NCBI GenBank assembly: GCA_965649265.1
Contig: CBFGKC010000004.1
Coordinates: 1 to 24,320 of the forward strand
Direction of reading: 5' to 3'
Length of the DNA: 24,320 bases
From: a candidate division WOR-3 bacterium
GTDB lineage: Bacteria; Hydrothermota; Tepidihabitantia; B3-TA06
Shown: one piece after another, positions 7,116 to 14,311 of the stretch
Numbering within the stretch: position 1 is the first letter of the stretch
Layout: every line of letters starts with the position of its first letter
The notes under the pieces: generated by a model
What the model saw: only the letters and a program-made list of their open reading frames with translations
The model's database searches: none
What the model was told of the DNA's origin: nothing
Program-made: the position numbers and the translations under genes

Positions 7116-8048
7116 TCAGGGGTGGAGGTCTCCTAAAAGCTCGTTCGGCCTGGGTCTGTAGCCATTCGCGAATGCAAGCGCGCTCATCTGTTTTTTTCCC
7201 TCGGGTTTGACCTCGACCAGCTCTACCAGACCTATCCCGCATTGAACCAATAACTTACCGCGTGCATGATCCATGCGTCCCGGCTTGCCGGTCATCTCCC
7301 TGTCCGCGAGACGCGAGCGAACTATCTCCAGCCGGTGGCCCCTGAAATACGTGTAAGTTAGTGGTTCAGGCGAAAACGCCCTGACGTGATTGTGTACTAC
7401 CCACCCGGGTCTTGTCCAGTCTATCAACCGTTCTTCGCTCTTGATCTTTGGCGCTTTTGTCACGCCCTCCGAGGGCTGCGGTGCCGGCTTGATCGAACCA
7501 TCCTTCAGGCCTTCCAGCGCCTTCCCGACAAGAAAAGGAACCGCGCGTGATACGTGCTCGGCAAGTTCGCCGAGGGTGTCATCCTGCTCTATCGGCATCG
7601 GTTCCTGAAGAAGTATTCCTCCGGCGTCAACCTTTTCAGACATCTGGATGATCGTTATGCCCGTCTGGCTTTCCCCGGCCATTATCGCGCGCTCGAGCGG
7701 CGCGGCACCGCGGTACCGCGGCAGAAGCGAGGGGTGCACGTTTACGGCCCAGCGCGGTATCGCGAGTATCTCCTGCTTAAGTATCTGGCCGTAGGCGAAG
7801 AGCACGAATACGTCCGCTTCTCTCCCTCTGCACCATTTGATTGAAGCCTCAGAGTTCACGTTGCTTGGCTCGTATACCTCGAGGCCGAGCGCTAAAGCCT
7901 CCTCCTTGACCGGCGACGCTCTCATCACCCTCCCCCTGCCCTGCGGGCTGTCGGGCGCGGTTACTACCCCCGAAACCCGGCCAAGACTGACACACCGCCG
8001 CAAAAGGGGAATCCCAATGGCGGCGGTGCCGAAGAAAAGAATGTTCAG
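7116..8048 (-). CDS. fmt: Methionyl-tRNA formyltransferase
   Basis: NVHPSLLPRYRGAAP, GITIIQM..VDAG motifs. The conserved N-terminal NILFFGT lies upstream of the ORF-track start, so the start is placed at CTG 8048. Confidence 0.93.
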   Translation of the reverse strand: MNILFFGTAAIGIPLLRRCVSLGRVSGVVTAPDSPQGRGRVMRASPVKEEALALGLEVYEPSNVNSEASIKWCRGREADVFVLFAYGQILKQEILAIPRWAVNVHPSLLPRYRGAAPLERAIMAGESQTGITIIQMSEKVDAGGILLQEPMPIEQDDTLGELAEHVSRAVPFLVGKALEGLKDGSIKPAPQPSEGVTKAPKIKSEERLIDWTRPGWVVHNHVRAFSPEPLTYTYFRGHRLEIVRSRLADREMTGKPGRMDHARGKLLVQCGIGLVELVEVKPEGKKQMSALAFANGYRPRPNELLGDLHP

Positions 8049-8050
8049 GG

Positions 8051-8503
8051 TTACTTTTTCTGCGTGACGACGGACTTGTCTATTTCGAGTTCCGTCTTCT
8101 CGCCGGACTTGATTATGAAAGTCTCTTCCTTGACTTTGACTATCGTTCCGTGAATGCCGCTCGAGGTCATGACCAGATCACCTCGCTGCAGCGCCTTGAG
8201 CATCTCCTGATGCTTCTTCTGGCGTCTGCGCTGGGGCAGGAACATCACAAGATAGAAGACCACAAGGATTCCCAAAAGAAGCGCCCAGGTAAGCCAGGGC
8301 GAGCCTTTCTGAGGTTGTTGCGCCTGTTGTTGCTGACCCGTAGCGGGTTTCTGTTGTTCTTGCGGCTTGGTCTGCGGCTGAGCCTGCGTCTCGGTGCCGC
8401 CCGACTGAACCTGGGTCGTCTGAGGCTGCGAGGCCTTGCCCGGATCGGTCTGGGGCGCAGTCTGGCCCAGAAGAAGTGCTATTAATGCGAATTTAAGAAA
8501 CAT
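8051..8503 (-). CDS. yajC: Preprotein translocase subunit YajC with Gln-rich N-terminal extension
   Basis: FYLVMFLPQRRRQKKHQEMLKALQRGDLVMTSSGIHGTI motif; GGAGG RBS. Confidence 0.92.
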   Translation of the reverse strand: MFLKFALIALLLGQTAPQTDPGKASQPQTTQVQSGGTETQAQPQTKPQEQQKPATGQQQQAQQPQKGSPWLTWALLLGILVVFYLVMFLPQRRRQKKHQEMLKALQRGDLVMTSSGIHGTIVKVKEETFIIKSGEKTELEIDKSVVTQKK

Positions 8504-8530
8504 CTTGCCTCCATTTGCAATTAATCTTTT

Positions 8531-8558
8531 ATTCTACTCAAATGGAGGATGCTGTCAA
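8531..8558 (-). promoter_or_regulatory. Promoter TTGACA-N16-TAGAAT for yajC-fmt
   Basis: Read directly. Confidence 0.75.
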
Positions 8559-8566
8559 ACCACCCG

Positions 8567-8810
8567 CCCGTAACACACCAACGTCATTGCGAGGCCTTTT
8601 CGGGAGGAGGAAGCAATCGCCTGAATCTGCCACTTTCTCCAACCCTGAGAAATATCGGGGTTCCCTAAAAAGTCAGGCACTGACTTTTTAGGATAAACGG
8701 CCCCCTTATGAAGGGGGTGATCGCAGACCGTTGGGACCCGTAACACCACCCCCCTCAGAAACACCCGTACCCCGTAACCCGTAACACACCACCCGTAACA
8801 CACCAACGTC
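8567..8810. repeat. Repeat cluster: 19-bp direct repeat CCCGTAACACACCAACGTC (8567, 8792), CCGTAAC tandem tract (8737-8810), partial GTCATTGCGAG...GAAGCAATC element (8583-8618)
   Basis: Read directly; the 8737 tract matches the reverse complement of ~5325-5360. Confidence 0.85.
8657..8692 (-). repeat. Palindromic REP-like element C
   Basis: GGGGTTC + CCTAAAAAGTCAG-GCA-CTGACTTTTTAGG. Confidence 0.8.
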
Positions 8811-9041
8811 CTACGAGACGGGTCTGACCCTGGGGTGAGTCCTCACTAAATAGATCATTCTCGTATGCAGCTTGAACAAAAGAATGCACCCAACCGCAAC
8901 ACACTTCCTCGCTTCTCTGTCCGAAAGGAGTATAGTGTATGCGATTTCTCATGGAGCCGAAGTCCTGACTTAGTTTTCAAAGAGGAGAGTTGAATCGGAA
9001 CCTTCCTCCTGGATTGGAAAAGAGGTGTGTTTCGGGGCGGG

Positions 9042-9069
9042 TTGACAGGATAAACGACCTCCTTATAAT
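9042..9069 (+). promoter_or_regulatory. Consensus promoter TTGACA-N16-TATAAT for tRNA-Ala
   Basis: Perfect hexamers 12 nt upstream of the tRNA. Confidence 0.85.
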
Positions 9070-9081
9070 TCCTTGTTATAC

Positions 9082-9154
9082 GGGGACGTAGCTCAGCTGG
9101 GAGAGCACCTGCTTTGCAAGCAGGGGGTCGGCGGTTCGAGTCCGCTCGTCTCCA
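9082..9154 (+). tRNA. tRNA-Ala(TGC), CCA not encoded
   Basis: Cloverleaf GGGGACG/CGTCTCC with G3:U70, anticodon arm CCTGC-TTTGCAA-GCAGG, GGTTCGA T-loop. Confidence 0.97.
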
Positions 9155-9161
9155 TGAGATG

Positions 9162-9197
9162 CCCCAGAAAATTGCGAAAGCAATTTTCTGGGGACCC
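9162..9197 (+). repeat. Palindromic REP-like element D
   Basis: CCCCAGAAAATTGC-GAAA-GCAATTTTCTGGGG + ACCC. Confidence 0.85.
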
Positions 9198-9290
9198 TGA
9201 CGAAATAGACACTTCTCAAAAGCAGTCATAGTCTCGGTATCCCATTCTGCCAATTCCGGAGCGCAATAGAATCACCATTCCCCTTCTTTC

Positions 9291-9335
9291 TTGACAGAAC
9301 CTTGTTTTTGAATAAAATTAGATTAGACTAACTTT
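9291..9335 (+). promoter_or_regulatory. Promoter TTGACA-N16-TAAAAT with overlapping DtxR-family operator TTAGATTAGACTAA
   Basis: The palindromic TTAG-N6-CTAA resembles DtxR/MntR/TroR boxes and overlaps the -10 and TSS. Confidence 0.7.
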
Positions 9336-9351
9336 TTAAAAGGAGGCTAAC

Positions 9352-9783
9352 ATTTTAGAATTGACTGAAGGACTCGAAGATTATCTCGAAGCAATACTCA
9401 TCTGCGAGGAGCGCAAGAAGTACGTCAGGACAAAGCATCTGGCGGATATGCTTGGCGTAAAAAGCCCCAGCGTGAACGCCGCTATAAAGGAACTGGAGAA
9501 GCTCGGACTCGTGATGCACGAGTCTTACGGCTATATCGAACTTACCACACAGGGCCGCAGGAAGGCCGGGCACGTCTACTCGCGGCACAAGCTTCTTTAC
9601 CGTTTCTTCACGCGCACACTCGATCTTCCCTCCGGGCTTGCGGAAGAGGCGGCGTGCGGCATTGAGCATCATCTCGATTCTAAGGTGCTCGTCTCTCTAT
9701 CGAGGTTTCTCGACTACGTCGAGGCAAAAATGAAAGATCACGATTTTTCTTCCGGCTTGAAGGCGGCGCTCGAGAATGGCTGA
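9352..9783 (+). CDS. DtxR/MntR-family metal-dependent repressor
   Basis: EDYLEAI, HTH LADMLGVKSPSV, YSRHKLL, EACGIEH motifs. Start is ATT 9352 (5 nt from AGGAGG) or TTG 9361. Confidence 0.93.
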   Translation: MLELTEGLEDYLEAILICEERKKYVRTKHLADMLGVKSPSVNAAIKELEKLGLVMHESYGYIELTTQGRRKAGHVYSRHKLLYRFFTRTLDLPSGLAEEAACGIEHHLDSKVLVSLSRFLDYVEAKMKDHDFSSGLKAALENG

Positions 9784-10033
9784 GAAGAATCTTACCGAAC
9801 TTGCGCAAAACGAGGAAGCTCGTATCGAAAGGGTAACGGGCGGCAGTGGGCTTAAGGAGAGGCTTAAGGCTCTGGGGCTTCGGGAAGGTCAGACCGTGAA
9901 GCGAATAGCGAGGGTGGCTATGGGCGGTCCCGTAATCGTCTTGGTTGAAAGGACCCAGATCGCGGTGGGCAGGAGCATGGCCCACAAGATAATAGTCAGA
10001 ACGGAAAATCATGACTCGCAGGGAAAAAGATAA
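9776..10033 (+). CDS. feoA: Ferrous iron transport protein A
   Basis: RLKALGLREG...GGPV...IAVGRSMAHKI. Confidence 0.92.
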   Translation: MAEKNLTELAQNEEARIERVTGGSGLKERLKALGLREGQTVKRIARVAMGGPVIVLVERTQIAVGRSMAHKIIVRTENHDSQGKR

Positions 10034-11891
10034 TACCTCATCGGGCGGGATTAGCGCCGACATCCTGCTCGTCGGTCAGCCCAACGTGGGCAAGAGCGTT
10101 TTGTTCTCGCGCCTGACCGGTGTCAGGACCATAACATCCAACTACGCGGGGACGACCGTCGGGTACACCCTGGGCAGGATGCGTTTTGCAAACGATGTCT
10201 ACAATGTCGTGGACGCTCCGGGAACTTATTCGCTCGAACCTCTGGATGACGCCGCCCGCGTCGCTATCGATCTCATAGACCACTCGAAGCGCATTATAAA
10301 CGTGGTAGATGCGACCCATCTCGAGAGACATTTGCCGTTGACTTTCGAGCTTCTGGCCCAGGCAAAGCCTATGGTCGTCGCGCTCAATATGTCGGACGAA
10401 GCCAGGCACAAGGGGATAGAGATAAAAGTCTCCAGACTCGCTCAAAGCCTCGGCGTCCCTGTAATACCGACGGTCGCTCGGACGGGGGAGGGGGTCAAGA
10501 GGCTCATTTTGTCAGTACTAGCGCTGGATCTTGACAAAAAGATGCAGGAAAAGAATCCTGTCCGGCATCCGCACATCCCCCACCACCCCCAAGGCTCCGG
10601 GGCGCGGGGGCACAAGCATATCTCCGAGCAGACCGTATGGGCAAGGGTCGGCAAGATTACGGACGAGGTTCAGGTGCTTCACCACCATCATCACACGTTC
10701 GGTCAGTGGCTGGAGGACGTGACCGTGCACCCTCTATGGGGAGGTCTGTTCGCAGTGCTCGTTCTCGTCCTTTCCTTCTCCCTCATCCGCCTCATCGGCG
10801 AATTCCTTATCTCGGGCGGGGTCGGTATAGTCGGCAAGCCGTGGTTCAGCGTTCCCTTCGGCATGGAACCCCTGTTCAACGTCGCCTGGAAGCCCTTGAT
10901 GACAAAGCTCTCAGTTGCCCTGGGCCAGCACGGCTTCATCCACAATCTTCTCATCGGCAACCTCATCAACGGCCAGATAGACATGAAGCAGTCCTTCGGA
11001 CTTCTGACCACCGGGCTCTTCGTCCCTCTGGGTATGGTGCTCCCTTACATCACGAGTTTCTACCTTATCCTCTCCATCCTTGAAGACACAGGTTACCTTC
11101 CCAGGCTCGCGGTGTTCCTCGACAGCTTCATGCACCGTCTGGGCCTTCACGGATATGCGATAATACCAACCCTTCTCGGCCTCGGCTGCAGCGTCCCCGG
11201 AATCCTCGCGACCCGCATCCTCGAAACCCGGACCCAGCGGTTCATAACGGCGACCCTCATATCAGTCGCCGTGCCCTGCGCGGCCCTTCAGGCGGTGCTC
11301 ATTGGGCTTTTAGGCAGCCGCGGGCTCTGGCCGTTGCTCCTCGTGTACGGGATACTGTTCGCGGTCTGGATAATACTCGGCCTCATCATGAAGCTCGTCA
11401 CGCGCGGTTTCCAGCCTGAGCTTCTCATCGAGATACCGCCGTACCGGCTTCCGTCTCTCAGGTCTCTCGCGTCCAAGCTGTGGATGCGGGTGTGGGGTTT
11501 TCTAAAGGAGGCGCTGCCCGTCGTTTTCATCGCCCTCGTCGCCGTCAATCTCTTGTACCAGATAAACGTTTTCGATTACATCGCAAACGCGACCGCGCCG
11601 GTGGTCAACTTCCTGTGGGGGCTGCCGAAGGAGGCCATAGTTCCTCTGCTTATGGGAATCCTTCGCAAGGAGATGGGTGCCGGCATGTTCGTTCCGCTCG
11701 CGCTCACCACAAAGCAGCTTGTAGTCGGAAGCGTCGTCCTTTCAATGTTCTTTCCCTGCATCGCGACTCTGGTCGTCCTGTTCAAGGAACTGGGCTGGAA
11801 GGACGGCCTCAAATCCACGTGCATCATGCTCGTGACCGTAATCGGCGTCGGTGCGGCCGTCAACTTTATCTGGAAGTTGTTCGGTTCTTGA
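10011..11891 (+). CDS. feoB: Ferrous iron transporter B
   Basis: GQPNVGKS, NYAGTTV, DAPG, LNMSD GTPase motifs; LEDTGYLPR, GLGCSVP gate motifs. Confidence 0.95.
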   Translation: MTRREKDNTSSGGISADILLVGQPNVGKSVLFSRLTGVRTITSNYAGTTVGYTLGRMRFANDVYNVVDAPGTYSLEPLDDAARVAIDLIDHSKRIINVVDATHLERHLPLTFELLAQAKPMVVALNMSDEARHKGIEIKVSRLAQSLGVPVIPTVARTGEGVKRLILSVLALDLDKKMQEKNPVRHPHIPHHPQGSGARGHKHISEQTVWARVGKITDEVQVLHHHHHTFGQWLEDVTVHPLWGGLFAVLVLVLSFSLIRLIGEFLISGGVGIVGKPWFSVPFGMEPLFNVAWKPLMTKLSVALGQHGFIHNLLIGNLINGQIDMKQSFGLLTTGLFVPLGMVLPYITSFYLILSILEDTGYLPRLAVFLDSFMHRLGLHGYAIIPTLLGLGCSVPGILATRILETRTQRFITATLISVAVPCAALQAVLIGLLGSRGLWPLLLVYGILFAVWIILGLIMKLVTRGFQPELLIEIPPYRLPSLRSLASKLWMRVWGFLKEALPVVFIALVAVNLLYQINVFDYIANATAPVVNFLWGLPKEAIVPLLMGILRKEMGAGMFVPLALTTKQLVVGSVVLSMFFPCIATLVVLFKELGWKDGLKSTCIMLVTVIGVGAAVNFIWKLFGS

Positions 11892-11921
11892 TTTTTTTCT
11901 GAAAAGGGTTAATATTAACCC
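11888..11921 (+). promoter_or_regulatory. Promoter TTGATT-N16-TAATAT overlapped by perfect palindrome GGGTTAATATTAACCC
   Basis: Read directly; upstream of AGGAGG-GTG 11949. Confidence 0.55.
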
Positions 11922-11948
11922 AATCGGTAAAACCCAAAGGAGGCAATT

Positions 11949-12512
11949 GTGAAAAGATTCTCTTTCTTCATCGGCTCGTTCGTCCTCATCCTTTTTGCCG
12001 CCGCGTGCGGCACGAAAAACCTTGACGAGAAACTCGACGCCGAGTACTCGATCAAAAAGGGCGAATGGAAGCGCGCGTTTGTCGATCTGGAAAATCTTGT
12101 CAAAAGGCAGGAAAACGATCGTAAAGTCCACGACGAGCAGGATTCGGTCCTGGCCAGGCTGTCACTCTCCACTGACGACAGAGCCTTGCAGGTTCGTCAC
12201 AAGGCCTGGTATGCGGATTACGAAAATACCTTAAACGAAGTAAAGTCCTGGATGGGCGGCGCGGCTGCAATCGAATCGAACCATCTCAAGATTGAGATGA
12301 CCCACGATACCGCAAAGGCTTCCCAGATACGCAAGGATCATGAATTGATGCTCAAGGAAATAGGCGATATACTTAAGCAAACCGAGAACTACCTCACCAG
12401 GCTTAACGGCGCGGACAGCACGATTCAGGCCTTTTTTGCAGATCATGGAAAGTTGAACGAGAAGTACGGGGTAAAATCCCAGCACGGCCTTAAGCCGCCG
12501 ACTTCGAAGTAA
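11949..12512 (+). CDS. Helical, His-containing lipoprotein of unknown function
   Basis: AGGAGG RBS; lipobox FAAAC; coiled-coil-like sequence. Confidence 0.8.
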   Translation: MKRFSFFIGSFVLILFAAACGTKNLDEKLDAEYSIKKGEWKRAFVDLENLVKRQENDRKVHDEQDSVLARLSLSTDDRALQVRHKAWYADYENTLNEVKSWMGGAAAIESNHLKIEMTHDTAKASQIRKDHELMLKEIGDILKQTENYLTRLNGADSTIQAFFADHGKLNEKYGVKSQHGLKPPTSK

Positions 12513-12529
12513 AAATACACCGGGCCTGT

Positions 12530-13924
12530 ATGCCTTTGCAGGCAATTGATTCTGAGCGTTTGAAAGAGCTCAAGGAATTGTTCGGGGAGAAGCTTTCGGT
12601 TCTCCCCGAAATCCTTTCCAAATACTCGCGCGACGAAACCAGCCGTCTTGAGGCAGTTCCAGACGCGGTTCTTTTCGCGGAAAGCACTTCGGACGTTGCC
12701 GGGCTTCTTTCATTTGCGTCGCGGCACCGCATACCGGTGACGCCGAGAGGGGCGGGTACAGGTGTCACTGGCGGGGCTCTTCCCTTAAACGGCGGCATAG
12801 TTCTTAGCCTCGAGCACATGAACCGCATCCTCGAGATAGATACGGAAAACCGCATGGCCGTCGTGCAGCCGGGCGTCATAACAGGCGAGCTGCACAGGGC
12901 CGTCGAGGAGGCAGGGCTTTTCTATCCCCCTGACCCCGCCTCGCTCGAGAATTCCACCATCGGCGGCAACGTAATAGAGGGCGCGGGCGGTCCCAGGGCG
13001 GTCAAGTACGGAACGACCCGCGACTACGTCACCGGGCTCGAATTCGTGATTCCTTCGGGCGAGGTTCTCCGCGTCGGCGGCAAGCTGAGAAAGAACGTGA
13101 CGGGGTACAACCTCATCGGCACCCTTATCGCTTCCGAGGGCACGCTTGCGGTCATCACCGAGATTACCTTGAGGCTCTTACCCCTCCCCCCGGTACGCAT
13201 CGATCTACTCGTGCCCTTTCGCGATTTCAAAGAAGCCGCGCAGGCCATAGGTTCGATCTTCAGACGGGGCGTCACGCCGGTGGTGATAGAGTTCATGGAG
13301 CGCAGGGCTCTCGAAATCGTAGAGTCTTACCTCAAATCAAAACTTCCCGTCAGCGGTGCGGGTGCCTATCTCATAATCGGTCTCGACGGGGCGGACAGGG
13401 AATCCGTCGAGCGCGACTATGAAAGAGCCGGGGAGCTCTGCCTTGCGGAAGGAGCGTTCGACGTTTTCGTCGCCGAGGACACCGAGATGAAGAAGCGCTT
13501 GTGGAAGACGAGGCGTTCGCTCCACGACGCCCTCAGAGAGCTTTCGCCCGAGATGGAGCGTGAAGACGTCGTCGTGCCGGTTGCAAAGATAGGCGAGCTT
13601 CTTTCAGGCATAGACTCGCTCCGCCGGGAATGCAAAACCGAGATCGTCGCCTTCGGACACGCGGGCGACGGAAACGTGCACGTGAACGTACTGCGCGGTA
13701 ATCTCGAAGAAGAAGCATGGCAAAGAGAGAGGGCTGCGGTCACGGAAAACCTCTTCAAGCTCGTCGTTTCGCTCGGCGGAACGCTCTCGGGCGAGCACGG
13801 CATCGGCGTCACGAAGAAGCGGTTCATGCCGCTTGTCGCGAGCGAGGCCGAACTCGCGCTTTCCAGGCGTCTCAAGCAGGCCTTCGATCCTCTGGGCATC
13901 CTTAACCCCGGAAAAATAATATAG
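12530..13924 (+). CDS. FAD-linked oxidase, GlcD / D-lactate dehydrogenase family
   Basis: PRGAGTGVTGG, YPPDPAS..STIGGN, FGHAGDGNVH, SGEHGIG, DPLGILNPGK. Confidence 0.93.
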   Translation: MPLQAIDSERLKELKELFGEKLSVLPEILSKYSRDETSRLEAVPDAVLFAESTSDVAGLLSFASRHRIPVTPRGAGTGVTGGALPLNGGIVLSLEHMNRILEIDTENRMAVVQPGVITGELHRAVEEAGLFYPPDPASLENSTIGGNVIEGAGGPRAVKYGTTRDYVTGLEFVIPSGEVLRVGGKLRKNVTGYNLIGTLIASEGTLAVITEITLRLLPLPPVRIDLLVPFRDFKEAAQAIGSIFRRGVTPVVIEFMERRALEIVESYLKSKLPVSGAGAYLIIGLDGADRESVERDYERAGELCLAEGAFDVFVAEDTEMKKRLWKTRRSLHDALRELSPEMEREDVVVPVAKIGELLSGIDSLRRECKTEIVAFGHAGDGNVHVNVLRGNLEEEAWQRERAAVTENLFKLVVSLGGTLSGEHGIGVTKKRFMPLVASEAELALSRRLKQAFDPLGILNPGKII

Positions 13925-14061
13925 CCCCCAAAAATCACGGAGTGATTTTTGGGGGGACCCCCTCTTATATCTCTGAATAATCCCCAAACGTCTGCTTGGC
14001 ATCCGTTCGGGGACACCAATTTACCCCAGGTAAATACTTCGTATTTCTCCGGGGGACCCCC
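13925..14061 (+). repeat. Three tandem REP-like elements E (13925-13962), F (13982-14017, degenerate), G (14024-14061)
   Basis: CCCCCAAAAATCAC-GGA-GTGATTTTTGGGGG-GACCCCC; CCCCAAACGTCTGC-TTG-GCATCCGTTCGGGG-ACACC; CCCCAGGTAAATAC-TTC-GTATTTCTCCGGGGG-ACCCCC. Confidence 0.8.
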
Positions 14062-14165
14062 TTACTTGGAATTTCTACTTCGCATAAGTTCGCAGATCAG
14101 TTGAAGATTCATTATCTGAAGAATGTTTGCTTATTATTATAAAAGGATTCTCACGAGTGAAGACA

Positions 14166-14201
14166 GGGTTCCCATTAAAAAGGCGAAGCCTTTTTAATGG
14201 G
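14166..14201 (-). repeat. Palindromic REP-like element H
   Basis: GGGTT + CCCATTAAAAAGGC-GAA-GCCTTTTTAATGGG. Confidence 0.85.
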
Positions 14202-14204
14202 TAT

Positions 14205-14278
14205 ATAAAAGCCCGGCTTGATGCCGGGCTTTTAGGTGAGTATCTTAGCCTTATGGCCACCCACCCATACTTCCTGCG
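14205..14278 (-). ncRNA. Candidate ~72-nt sRNA (contains mini-ORF MGGWP)
   Basis: Near-consensus promoter directly upstream, internal stem GGTGGGT/ACTCACC, terminator directly downstream. Confidence 0.5.
14207..14233. terminator. Bidirectional terminator
   Basis: AAAAGCCCGGC-TTGAT-GCCGGGCTTTT. Confidence 0.8.
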
Positions 14279-14283
14279 TATTG

Positions 14284-14311
14284 ATTATAGAATCGAAAAA
14301 ACGCCCGTCAA
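14284..14311 (-). promoter_or_regulatory. Promoter TTGACG-N16-TATAAT
   Basis: Read directly; no protein gene of appreciable length follows before the terminator. Confidence 0.7.

Noticed and set aside
8555-9253. ORFs 8555..8806, 8755..8952, 8855..9253
   Set aside because: They run through repeats or antisense across the tRNA; no RBS or recognisable motif.
9082-9290. Integrative element at tRNA-Ala
   Set aside because: No integrase and no duplicated tRNA 3' end visible in the window.
13925-14201. CRISPR array or integron attC sites
   Set aside because: Repeat sequences are not identical, spacing is irregular, and there are no RYYYAAC/GTTRRRY ends or integrase.
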